This document shows, in pieces, positions 27,079-45,073 of a DNA stretch of 64,000 bases; positions within the stretch are counted from its first letter, which is position 1, and every line of letters begins with the position of its first letter. This DNA comes from Macrostomum lignano. Taxonomy: Eukaryota. The position numbers were made by a program, and so were the translations under genes. Where the stretch lies: contig NIVC01003467.1 in assembly GCA_002269645.1 (NCBI GenBank), forward strand, positions 32,441 through 96,440, read 5' to 3'. The notes below the pieces were generated by a model. That model worked only from the letters and a program-made list of their open reading frames with translations. It was not told the origin of the DNA and searched no databases.

Positions 27079-28695
27079 TCAGATTTCAAAGACGCGCTGT
27101 CTCAAGGAATTGTTAGCCACATCGAAGGCCACGCAGCGCCTGCTGTCGGTGCTGAACTCAATCGCCAAGTCATCGGTGAACGGAACTTTGATTGCAGCAC
27201 CGAAGTAGGGCGTTCCGAAGCCGCTGCTGACCTGCTGAGCAACGAGGGAGGCCATGTTTCGGTTGCCTCGCAGCAGTTCAGCATTCAAGTCGAACTTTCC
27301 TTTGTCCTGCACACTGTTCGAGGCCAGCAGCATCCCAGTGATCGAGCACACTGTGTGCAGCTTCTCACCGTCATCAACGAACAGCATGCGGTCCCTCACC
27401 GAAATGCGAGGCCTGGCGCCCGCCTTGTCGATGCCGGTCACCGCGAGCTTCAGCTGGACTTCATTCGACTTCTTGGACAGTCCGAAAATCACCGGCTTGC
27501 CGTCGGCTCGCTCAGCGAGGATGAACAGCTTGTCAGAGTCTCCGGCGATGCAGCGCAGCTTCTGCACGTCATCTTGCAGGTCAGAGACGCCGACTCGAGA
27601 CTGCTCCACTCCGCACATGTCGGTGATGATCAGCTGTCGATCTTGGACGATGAACAGCAGTTGCAGTTTTGTGTCGCAGTGCAGATCTCTGATGGGCTGA
27701 TCCCAGCTGCCGGGTACCTTGCCGACCTCCTCGGAGTCGAATGAAACCAAAACGAAATTTTTCTCGCTGGCAGAACGATCCACGGCGACAAGAATGGATT
27801 TGGGAGGCAGCTGACGTATTTCAGACACTTGGGTCTCTTCAATAGTTGTCTGAGATGTTTCGGTGACTTCAGTAGCTGGCTGAGGTATTTGAATGTCTTC
27901 AGAATCTGGTTGAGGCACGCACTTTGTACGCGACTTACAACCTCCAGTCGCTGTTTTAGCTCCAACGATGCTACCAGAACCGTCAAGAGCAAAGCCCTCA
28001 GTGCTATTCCACACTGTCAAGCAAGATGGGGTTCCGCTGAGTTGGACATTATTTTGTTTTGGAACTGCGTCAGTATTTGGGACACTCTGGCTTCTGCTAG
28101 CACGAATATCAAGGCTTTTAACCAAATTCTGAGCAAGCTGAAGCGACATATCGAAGCTCATCTGCAGGTTTCTAACCATCGAGCTCACATCCGGGAAGGC
28201 AGCCATCGTGACCTCGGTTTTCCCTTCATTAATGCACACAAGCTCTGAGTTAAGCTCAAGTGACTCAAGCGACTTGTCCATATTCTCCGTGATGAGGAAG
28301 GCCTGTCTCAGGTCGCTCTCGTTCTTCGCCGTCCTGAACTCCGTCTCAAGTTCGTCAACCACGGCTAGAGTCGCAAGAGACTCCGACACCTTTTCGTAGT
28401 GCTCGTTGACGGCTTCAGTGAGCTCCGCCTGGCACTTTTCGAATGAGTCGCGCAGATCTTGAAAGGTGTCACAGAGAAGCTCCAGGTCGGACGCCAGCCT
28501 CTGCTGCATGAGACGCAGCGGGCGCTGGTAATTGCGGAAGTGAGCGATTCTCTCCGCCACAGCGGCCTCCGCATTCTCGCACCTGCGCAGGTCGGCCTGC
28601 AGATGGTGCTCACAGAGCGGCTGGTCCGAGATCGGAGACTTACTGGCTGACGGATTTTTGCACAGTCTCACGAAGCAAGTCGCTTGGGTATCCAT
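27079..28695 (-). CDS. Intronless 538-aa protein: C-x4-C-x15-C-x2-H Zn knuckle, coiled coil, probable C-terminal beta-propeller (TRIM/NHL-like architecture)
   Basis: Single long ORF; N-terminal CFVRLC...PLCEHHL; heptad-rich residues ~35-200; beta-strand-like C-terminal half. Paralogues at 60098 and 63185. Domain naming is inferred. Confidence 0.7.
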   Translation of the reverse strand: MDTQATCFVRLCKNPSASKSPISDQPLCEHHLQADLRRCENAEAAVAERIAHFRNYQRPLRLMQQRLASDLELLCDTFQDLRDSFEKCQAELTEAVNEHYEKVSESLATLAVVDELETEFRTAKNESDLRQAFLITENMDKSLESLELNSELVCINEGKTEVTMAAFPDVSSMVRNLQMSFDMSLQLAQNLVKSLDIRASRSQSVPNTDAVPKQNNVQLSGTPSCLTVWNSTEGFALDGSGSIVGAKTATGGCKSRTKCVPQPDSEDIQIPQPATEVTETSQTTIEETQVSEIRQLPPKSILVAVDRSASEKNFVLVSFDSEEVGKVPGSWDQPIRDLHCDTKLQLLFIVQDRQLIITDMCGVEQSRVGVSDLQDDVQKLRCIAGDSDKLFILAERADGKPVIFGLSKKSNEVQLKLAVTGIDKAGARPRISVRDRMLFVDDGEKLHTVCSITGMLLASNSVQDKGKFDLNAELLRGNRNMASLVAQQVSSGFGTPYFGAAIKVPFTDDLAIEFSTDSRRCVAFDVANNSLRQRVFEI

Positions 28696-29319
28696 TCCTG
28701 TCCCGAAATTCAGTGAGCAAATAGCTTTGGGAGTAAATAGCGAACGAAACTACAGGGGTCGCAGCGGCAGTGGTTTATACAAAAAGTAAAATATTGCGAA
28801 TAAACTAGGCACTACGGATTTTTATCTTCACAGCAATCATTTTGTGTTCTCAGATAGAGTTAACAAGTACATTCAGGTACAGTACATACTTGTGGGCTGT
28901 ATTTACTGCAATCCCGGAATACATGTCTATAGCCATGTACTTGCATTACGTGTACAGGCCGAGATTACGTGAAAGTACGCAATGTGCAGTTTTTATCCTG
29001 TACGGCATACGAAGTTCCGCTTTTTTCAACGCTGATATTAGTGACTGTTCTAGTGACGAAGAAATGCCTGGCCAACCGAGCCACGTGTTTTGTAAAGTAC
29101 TGCACTTGTGACTTTTTACGTGGGGAGTAGCGTAAGGGGAAGCGCGGGGATTTTACTCTGGGTTAGTGAACGCATCGTGGAGGGGCTGCTCCAGGCTTGG
29201 ATTAGCTCTGCGCTGTGCTCGCTGTGCTTTCTCTCTCACTGCTCTCTCAAAAAATATTTTCCGCGTGAGCGCTGCATTGATCTTGGCAGGGCGCTAAAAT
29301 GGGCACTCAAAGGCTGAAA

Positions 29320-29590
29320 TTGGCGCCGGAATATTGAAATTGGCGCCAAGAAGTAGCAAGCTGATATACGCTGCCACTTGTGCGCCGTTCCAGCGCTGAT
29401 TTCAGCATTCCAGCGCTTATTTTGAGATCCTGGCGCTGATTTGGGGATTCTGGCGCCAAATTTGGCTTCAGGCGCCAATTCGAGCTTTTACACACCAATT
29501 GTAGCTATCCAGAGCCGATTTGAGCTTTCCAGCGCTGGTTTGGGCCTTTTAGCGCTGATTTGGGGATCCTGGGGCTGATTTGGTGACGAA
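29320..29590. repeat. Cluster of GGCGCC/CAGCGC short repeats (subterminal-repeat-like) beside the P-type transposase
   Basis: Repeated AAATTGGCGCC, TGGCGCCAAA and CAGCGCTGATTT motifs. Confidence 0.55.
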
Positions 29591-29599
29591 GGCAGACAA

Positions 29600-31300
29600 G
29601 ATAATGAGAACTGAATAGTGGCATCCTGTTGCTTAACATTGGGACTTGTCGATTGCAGAATTCCACCTCCAGCGTGCACTAGTAACTGTCTAAAGGCTGA
29701 GCAAAACTGTCTCAGAGTCAGATTGTGATTCCAGCCGTTTCGAAGTCTGATGGCATTAAAAAATAACTCAAGAAAATCCTGCGACAACTCGTAAGTGCAA
29801 ATAAAGAAAAAACCACAACTTGAAAACAAATACTTGGCAAGGGCCATACGAGCTAACAGCCTCACAATTCACCATGAAGCCGAGAAAGCCTGTTTTCTTT
29901 GAAGTTTCAACAATTTTGCGTCCAGACAGATTTTCAAGACTTCCGAGAAGCTTAATCGAGTCAGTAAAGATGTCAATAAAGTCCGACTGGTTGTCAGCCC
30001 TTAGAGCCATTTTGGCCCCCTAATTTACTAGTCGCTTGGAGTTAAAGGCGTCGAACAAGTCATTCATGTGCTCAATAAAATCTGCCGTCACAAGTACATC
30101 ATGGTGCTCGAATCCGGCCAAAGCTTGCTGATGTACCCACCGCAGGGAGTCAGCAACTGACTTACTAAAAAGCTGGGATGCTAAATAGACCTTCATCTTT
30201 AAATTGGCAAAGTTGATGTGATGCCTGCTTAGTTTATTTCCCAGTTTGAGCCCGTAACTATCCTGAACTTGCTGCAATAGTGAAACATATTTCCAATCAA
30301 TATTCCCCCTATTCGGCCAAACTATCGTGCCCATTGATCGCCACTGATTGCGAATCAGCTTCAACATATGAGGCTGATCGAGTAAGGCAGAAACCTGAAT
30401 GCTTGGGTCACAAGGATGAGGGAACGTGGCGACAATTGAGTCCGGAGAACTAATTTTAGCCCCAAGAAGTTCAATAGCTCGAATGTTGTGCTGCGTTCCA
30501 TCGCATGTGAGCGATGTGGTGACAACGTGATCCTTGATTCTTCTACAACACTAGACATTAATTCACCATCCACACCATTTACTAGAAAATAACCCAATGG
30601 CAACTTCCAGTAGTTCTTCAGACCCACAGCCATCACTACCAATGCCGACGTCGCCTCCTGATCACTTGCCTTGCCATCCCTTTGTCAACATAGCCGAAGA
30701 ACATGCCTTCATTCGAATTCCATTCAATCATTGATTCAAATTACATCTCATCGGCCACTACATTGCAGTAGTCAAAGGCTGTGCCATCGTCGAAACATTT
30801 AGCGTTTGAAATCCATCTACGAAGAGACGCTCTGACATATTCATAGGCTTTGGGGCTGTAGAAGTGCAGGGTGGACGCGAATTTTCGCACTTCAGTAGGA
30901 AACTTTCTTGTCCGCTTATTGCTTTGAGGCAAAATGCTGCTAATCAAAGAATTCGAGGTCAAAAAATTCAGGCGCAAAGCAGCCGCTTCATTCAGAATGC
31001 TCTTTTTCCTCAACTCTCCGATTGCCTCCATCAGGGTTCTCGCTCTTCGCTTAATTTGCCTATGCTTTGAGCGCAATGATTTGAAGAGTTTTGAAGAGAA
31101 CGTTGTAAGATTTCAATAGCTTTCGCACCCTTCTTGGACTTGGCATGAGCCGATGGAAGCCTATTGTACCTGCGGCTCAGATTTTTCAAAGCTCTTACCT
31201 TCGTATTGAAATCTTCCCTGCTTACAGGTCTGGCTGAGGAAGATCTGATGAGGACGCACTTTTTTTCCAAATCCCGCGCTAGCACATGGGCTCTAAACTT
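29600..31300 (-). pseudogene. Degenerate P-element/THAP9-type transposase
   Basis: Fragments FASTLHFYSPKAYEYVR, VVADEM, VMAVGLKNYWKLPLGYFLV, TCDG, DPPHMLKLIRN, KMKVYLASQLFSKSVADSL, SQDFLELFFNAIR..GWNHN; several frameshifts. Confidence 0.85.
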
Positions 31301-34300
31301 ACTAGCCTACTAACAGCAGGCTATGGGCATTTTTATCCTTTTTTGCGAATTGTCATAGAATCTATACTAGATATAATTTTTGGTCATACTAGTAGTCAAA
31401 TTAACATAGGCGTAGCTTTTTGGGTCATAAATCATCGCTTTCGAAGCTGGTCTGACAGCCACCTGCGCCTCACTCCGTGTTGAGGCGGGCGCCAGATGGT
31501 CTGAGGGGATGCGGGCGGTAGCTTTTTTCTCATCATTTTGACAGGCCATCAAGATTTATGAGGTCAGAGCCTATTGTTCGTGATCACTCAAGCGTGTGAC
31601 AGCTTTGACAGCTATGCGTTTTACCCCCAAAAGTACTTTGGGATTAGCGATTAGCGATTTCTCTTCATTATCTTCAATTTCTATTTAATAAGAGCTTTCT
31701 AATGTATATTTTTTCATTCATTTTTGTCAATTCTACGCGAAAAGTCATAAATCATTTTGTTGCGATTTTGAGTGATTTATGGCCGCACCTGTCATATTTT
31801 TACGACCCCGAGGGAACTGATAGGATTTCCCGGTCACGTGATTCTGGGTGGCAACAAGCTCAGCCAATCAGAAAACTTGACGCTCATTTTAACAAATCGG
31901 CTCAGCCAATCAGAATCGATGTGTTCCATTATAACAAACTGCGGTCCAGTTGGCGGCTATTTAAACCGGTGTTTTTGGCCCGCTCGGACTTCAACCTGCG
32001 GTTACCCTGGTACCGGTTCTACCCCTGCAAACCCTTTCTGGAGACCGGCCAGGAACTTGCTCTCTCTGACCGTCGTTTCTTGATCCCCGGATCGCAACCC
32101 CCCCCCCCGCCCCACCATCATCAAGGACGAATTCCCCCGGTCATCAGCAGTGAACATCAGAGTGAAGAGCATCACCTGCTAGCTATCAGCAAAGAATGTG
32201 ACATCAGCATCATCCCGGGTCTACAGCTGCGAAGCACTAAGCCGATTCGGTCACTGTGGATTACCTGGTCTCCGGCTGTTGAGTTTCTGATTGTTTGTGT
32301 GAGAGGCTACCTAGACTTGCTTGATTGGGTGATCCCTTATCTGTCCCCTGTTTCAGTAGCTGGATTAGGCGCACACTTTTGCTCATTTTGTCCAGTAGTG
32401 CTGTTACTGAGGCAGAAATCATTCAATAATACTGCTAGTAGTCTGAAGCTCCAATTCAATCTGAAGTGTGAAGTGATCTAAGGAGAAGGTTAAATCTGAC
32501 AGTTAATTTTATCGATTTTATTTCTTTGTTCGCCGATGGCTCAGATGAGTAGCTAAGCTAGTAGGCGCCGGTCACAGTGGACCAACGGCAAGGCAGTTCT
32601 CAGTCGATCAATCTATCAAATCAGTTAGCGAAATTGCCAATAGTGCAAAATCGGCGCCAGAGATGTACTTTGTGCACTCTAGGTTCGCCAAGCGGCTCGG
32701 GTGATGAATCGTGCGAGGTCTCTGAAGTTCGAGTTAGTCTATCATCAGCGCTATGAGAGGCTAGTTGGCGCGTTGAAGGCCAAAAGTACATATCCTCGTA
32801 TTTAGCAATGTAATAGTACATGTAGCTACCCCATAGTCTCGCCACTGCAAGAATCCCCTGCACAAGTCACCTCTGTACCAGCATGGCCAATGCGATCTAG
32901 TCCCAGCAGTGTCCCTTATCATCGGCTATGACTTCGAGATTGACAGCAAAAAGACACTAGTTGGCAGGTAAGTGCAAAGCCCCTTCTAGTCGGAAGCCCG
33001 ATTTCGAGAGTCCCGGTGTGGTGAGCCAGGACGTACGGGCTGGTGGTAGCGAGTTAGCTAACCTGCGGGTTAACTAATTTCTACCTTCAAAATTCTCCCT
33101 GCTTGTCTCTCGCTGTCCCTCTCTTAGCTATAGGACCTAGACTGCTCGCCACACGATCAAGCTACCATGGGGCTGACCATCTGACAGGAGTGGGGGCCAG
33201 GACTCTAATTGATTTATTTCTGAGGCCTGAGGCCCGAAGGCTTCCCCACAAGGGGACCGAAAGGTCGAAACCCATCAAGACCATGAGTTGAGCTGTGCCA
33301 TGCATTGTTATGATATTTAGATATGAAAATGTTCAGTACCGACCACCGGAAGGCTCTAATTTCGCTGGTGCACCCGCGGAATCCCGCGGGAAAGGCTTTC
33401 TATTGTTAAGCAACTAAAAACAACTAGAAAAGCATGTAAATATACTTAACACGATGTGTGTCGAAGGCAATTTGTACAAGCAAACTTACCAGCTGCGTCA
33501 ATTACTTCGACCACATGATGCTCGTTTTGATAATTGATAGTCAGACGTTGCCCAGATCGAACTTCCTCGGATTTTTCCTACTTGAAAATGTCAAGTAAAC
33601 CATTTGAATCAAAAAGCACCAGGTGTACATTCTGCGCTCTAGGGGTGGCTCGACGACGAGAACCGGAATTCATTAGTAGAAATGAATAATAGAGCAGTTA
33701 TAGGTGAAAACGAGTTCAAATAGTTGCTAAATAACAACTCCTTAATGTGCTTTCTCGTTTAAGTTTTAAATCTGAGCACACTAGAGACGATAACGAGGGG
33801 TAATAGGGTGACACAACAGAAAGTCGCGTCTCGGTGGGGGTGGGTGGAGCGAACCAATCAAATGTGTTTCCTTCCCGTGGCCATGACTGTACGTAAAAAT
33901 AACGTGGAAGCCTATAATTTTCTTACGAAAAACTCTATGAATATCAATGGAGCTACATGTATACGAGGTTTCCCATCCTTCTACGAGTACTTGAGTAGCC
34001 CCTGCGACCACATCTCCGCATCAGCTTTGACTTCGTTGGTTATTGGCCTTCACCTATGCAGATCGCTTCTGTGACCTTCAACAGGTGGCACCAGGCGACT
34101 ATGAACACCCCGTTGCGAATTTCTTAATTGAGTTTCTTAATTGAGAGTGGACAAAGCTCAACTGCTGGACCATCCTCAGCTGGTCTCTCAAGCACTCCGT
34201 CATCAGATGAATGAAAAAAATTCGAAATTCTGGCGGCAAAATCGTCGAATATCTCGACGATCCGGGAGGGCTGGCGAATTGACTCTTCTTTGAAAAGGTG

Positions 34301-35019
34301 TGCAATAAAAAGTTATAGGCCGGTGTCCGGTGCCGGTGTGCCTCATGCCTTGCTCCGTTCTGGCGCAACAAAATGTCTTCAAATTCAGGGTATTGTATTT
34401 AGACAGGCAAAGGACTTGGCATTCCTACGGTTAATTATGATATGTGGCTCGTATTTAGCCTGCTCACTGACTGCTTCGATCAGTCAGTCGGTCAAAGTAA
34501 ATACGAAGTAAATACGAAGTAAGTAAGAAGTAAGTACGAAGTAAGTAAGAAGTAAATACAAAGTAAATAAATTCTGTTGCTAGCTACAGGTTTCAACGCG
34601 TTTAAACATTGGAAACACCTAAGACGGCACCTACCAGAAGCTGTTGTGGTTGCTGCTGCACATGCCAGTAATATTTCTGAGTATAATTAAAAATCTTAAT
34701 TTTTTCCGCAACCAAAAAGTAATCCAATGCGGAGAAATTGGCGTGAATATTATTGAGTGTTGCGAGAGCTGACACATGATTATGCATGAGTCGATTGTGA
34801 GGCAGCAATATATGGTTTGGTTGCTACTGCTATTGTAGTAACTCTGCTCAGAAGCCGATAAAATTCTTTCCATTCGGCAGTGAATATTGACATTTTATTT
34901 GAACTCAGGTAACATATCTTGAGTATATATTAACTGCGGTTAGAGTTGCAGCAACCAGAAGGTTTTAGAATTTAGAAAGTTCAGCAACCGAGACTCCTTG
35001 CTCCGAATCAGGCGGTCCC

Positions 35020-36084
35020 TCACACGCGGGTGACGAACATCCCAGCCTCGGTCTTCAGCTCGTGCGGCAGAACGGCGAATCTCAACAGGTGGCAGGCGTC
35101 CAGGTGGAACAGCACGGCCTGGCAGTCAGCATCGCAGCGATATACGCACTCAGTCAGACTCCTGACGGGCTGCTCATTGCGGTAGAAGGGCCCGCTGGTA
35201 GAGGTCAGGTTCACGTAGTCTCGGTCAGCCAGAGTGAAATGATTGCTATCTAGAAGGGAAAAAAGAGACATAAAGTGCACCGCTACTCTGGTGAGACCAA
35301 CACAAGTGCGTCTCCTTCGACATGTCGACTGCAGTCGATCTCACATTCTGAAATTTGGCGTTCATACGCACCTACGAGGGCCAACCCCCAAGGCACAGAG
35401 AGTGCACATGCCTGACGATTAGAAAGTCGGGGCCGCCGAACCACCCTGAGCGAGAGCGCGTTTGAGTGCGTGCCTGCGAACAGGATCCAGTATGCGGTAG
35501 ATAGCGCTTCACCAGCCTTCCGGCAAATATTGATCGAAATTTGTGAACTACTTTTAAATTTTAGTATTCAATGCTTATAAGTAGAATTGCTAAACCATGG
35601 ATGCTGTACTCAGTGCATGGGGAAGTGCATGTACATGTAGAAATGCACCGATTGTACAAATTCCGCTACGCTCACCTGGACGATTGTAGACCTGCCGGTA
35701 CACGGAGCTTCGCCCCCAAGCTCCACACATTTGGGCGGAGTTTCCAGCGCAGGCCATGTTGCAGTCGCTGTCGGCTGCCCTGCCGAATCTGCCGTACGAG
35801 TTTCCACAGAAACAAAAACTTGAATACTGAACACCAAAGTAGCGGAATTTTCCATAGGCGCAGATTTCGCTGCAAAGCTGCAGAGTCATGCTGCTGAGTT
35901 CGACTGTCCCCCCGGAGTTCCACGTCACCGAGTAGGGCCCGATGGTGGACCAGCCATTCAGACCGTTGATATCTCGATCTCCGGTGTCCACGAAGCAGCC
36001 CAAGTGGCCGAATTCAGCGCCCAGCGAGTGGCCGAGAGCGATGCAGCAGCAGAGAATCAGCGGCAGAATTGACAAAGTCTGCAT
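35020..36084 (-). CDS. Secreted WSC-domain + PAN/apple-like protein, copy 2 (212 aa)
   Basis: join(36084-35676, 35249-35020); same 409+230-nt exons as copy 1. Confidence 0.85.
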
Positions 36085-36856
36085 GGTCAGAGCGGCTGTG
36101 GAGAGTCTCACGAGACGGGATGTGCTTTCGCTTTTGTGCCTCTCGCCAGCTGCAGGACTGCGGGCTTTATGCAGCTTCCCAACTCCCCATTTGGGGTACG
36201 GGCGCGTTGCGATGGCATCGCGTTGCCAAGGCGACAGAGAAAACTGTTTACTGCGCGATGCCTTGGGGAGGCTGGGTTGCTACCAGTGGCTGCTCCTCGA
36301 TGCGTAGAATCTCAACGCAGCGCTCGGATTGTTCGAATGCATTTTTGCGTGAATTTTGCGAATTTGTTTAATCCGTGAGCGTCTCATTGTCAGTGTCTTT
36401 CAGTCTCAACTGTCTGCTTTTTCTGGTGCAGATTTTTGCCACCATTGACTTCTCACGTCATCATCCGATTTTAGAATTCAATTTTAGCATAATCAGAGTT
36501 GATTTTTCAACAATTCCAAGCTCACGTGCATGTTTCTCTGAGGACTGCTCAGCAGACACTGCACGGAATTGGGGCTCAAAGTTGATGAGCAAGTGCCCCA
36601 GGCTTTGAGCTGTGAATTTTAGCTTATTAGGTGCATCTAATGTGACTTAGCCAGCAGTCGTATACCTGTTCCTCAGTTCTGAGTAGTAGCCTGCCGCTGA
36701 GCACAGTAGGGGAGATCTCCTCCAGCTCCAGGACCTTTCTCAGGCTTGCTTTCGTCAAGCGTTTGATGCAACCAGTCGAATCCATGTTGCTCTGAATTGT
36801 CAAGAGATCTGCTCAGAAATCCTACCGGAAACTTTTTCGCTACATTTGAAGAAACT

Positions 36857-37083
36857 GGAATCTCGGCTTGGCTCAGCTGGTGCAATTAACGCCATTGCAA
36901 GAGCCAACCCCAAGACACAGTGAGGTGTACATGTTTAAGGATAAATAAAGTTAGGGCCGCTGTACACTCCCGTGTGAGTGTGTGCCTGTGCATAGGACTG
37001 CGTACATATCCGCGCGCTTGTGTGCCTGCTCAGGGGAGTCGGCGGTATGGGGTAGTAATGCCTCTCGCCGGTTGTGTGACAAT
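36857..37083 (-). repeat. Unclassified dispersed repeat copy
   Basis: Reverse complement of the 5201-5430 core. Confidence 0.85.
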
Positions 37084-37606
37084 GTCACTTGAAGCCATCT
37101 ATGTAGCCATCTAATAGTACGACCCCTTAATTTGTTAATGTGAAACGTGGATTTCACATAAATTTATTAAATAGCGAGGAATAGGTGAGATAGGTGCTTA
37201 CTAGGGCATGAGAACATCGTCCATCGTTCTTGAGAATTGAATAAGTCCAAATCAATTATAACTCAAATAAATTTGTGCAGAACCTAATCTTAAATGTCTA
37301 AAGACTTTTAATAAAGACTTCGTGCTTAATTAGTCTACTGTATTCTATGCAAGTTTAACGTGAGAAAGCTTAATAGATTCAGAAAACAAGGGTAAAAAAG
37401 CAGAGTTGAAAACAACAAAAGGACGGATCAAAGGGCATTTAAGAACCAATTTCTAAGAAACAATTAAAAACGGAATCAGTGACTGAACCCAGTGTGGGTT
37501 GAACGGAATGTTAATAATATTCATTAAAATAAAACAATCACATATTATAGCATTAGTTATGAGTCAGATTTATAATGAAATTCACATGTACTTTTGCCTC
37601 ATACAG

Positions 37607-43772
<6,166 letters not shown>

Positions 43773-43879
43773 CTAGTGGTGCGAGATATTTTATTTAAGA
43801 TAGGTATGATGATGCTTGAGTGGAGTCTGGAAAATCTGGGTTAATTGCGTAGCTACGGAATTCCTTTGATGTATATTTG

Positions 43880-44102
43880 AATTTATGGGGAATTCCTTCA
43901 CTGTACATTTGAATCTAAGGGAATTGCCTTACTGTACATTTGAATCTAAGGGAATTGCCTTACTGTACATTTGAATTAAGGGAATTGCCTTACTGTACAT
44001 TTGAATCTAAGGGAATTGCCTTACTGTACATTTGAATCTAAGGGAATTGCCTTACTGTACATTTGAATCTAAGGGAATTGCCCCACTGTACATTTGAATC
44101 TA
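43880..44102. repeat. 31-bp minisatellite running into the assembly gap
   Basis: Unit GGGAATTGCCTTACTGTACATTTGAATCTAA, ~7 copies. Confidence 0.95.
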
Positions 44103-45073
44103 NNNNNNNNNNNNNNNNNNNNNNNNNNNNNNNNNNNNNNNNNNNNNNNNNNNNNNNNNNNNNNNNNNNNNNNNNNNNNNNNNNNNNNNNNNNNNNNNNN
44201 NNNNNNNNNNNNNNNNNNNNNNNNNNNNNNNNNNNNNNNNNNNNNNNNNNNNNNNNNNNNNNNNNNNNNNNNNNNNNNNNNNNNNNNNNNNNNNNNNNNN
44301 NNNNNNNNNNNNNNNNNNNNNNNNNNNNNNNNNNNNNNNNNNNNNNNNNNNNNNNNNNNNNNNNNNNNNNNNNNNNNNNNNNNNNNNNNNNNNNNNNNNN
44401 NNNNNNNNNNNNNNNNNNNNNNNNNNNNNNNNNNNNNNNNNNNNNNNNNNNNNNNNNNNNNNNNNNNNNNNNNNNNNNNNNNNNNNNNNNNNNNNNNNNN
44501 NNNNNNNNNNNNNNNNNNNNNNNNNNNNNNNNNNNNNNNNNNNNNNNNNNNNNNNNNNNNNNNNNNNNNNNNNNNNNNNNNNNNNNNNNNNNNNNNNNNN
44601 NNNNNNNNNNNNNNNNNNNNNNNNNNNNNNNNNNNNNNNNNNNNNNNNNNNNNNNNNNNNNNNNNNNNNNNNNNNNNNNNNNNNNNNNNNNNNNNNNNNN
44701 NNNNNNNNNNNNNNNNNNNNNNNNNNNNNNNNNNNNNNNNNNNNNNNNNNNNNNNNNNNNNNNNNNNNNNNNNNNNNNNNNNNNNNNNNNNNNNNNNNNN
44801 NNNNNNNNNNNNNNNNNNNNNNNNNNNNNNNNNNNNNNNNNNNNNNNNNNNNNNNNNNNNNNNNNNNNNNNNNNNNNNNNNNNNNNNNNNNNNNNNNNNN
44901 NNNNNNNNNNNNNNNNNNNNNNNNNNNNNNNNNNNNNNNNNNNNNNNNNNNNNNNNNNNNNNNNNNNNNNNNNNNNNNNNNNNNNNNNNNNNNNNNNNNN
45001 NNNNNNNNNNNNNNNNNNNNNNNNNNNNNNNNNNNNNNNNNNNNNNNNNNNNNNNNNNNNNNNNNNNNNNNNN
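44103..45073. other. Assembly gap (971 N) at the axis of the inverted duplication
   Basis: Run of N. Confidence 1.

Noticed and set aside
31702-34900. Assorted 60-260-aa ORFs mirrored in both arms
   Set aside because: No domain motifs; the 259-aa ORF is broken in the mirror copy, and near-identity across arms is expected from recent duplication, not selection.
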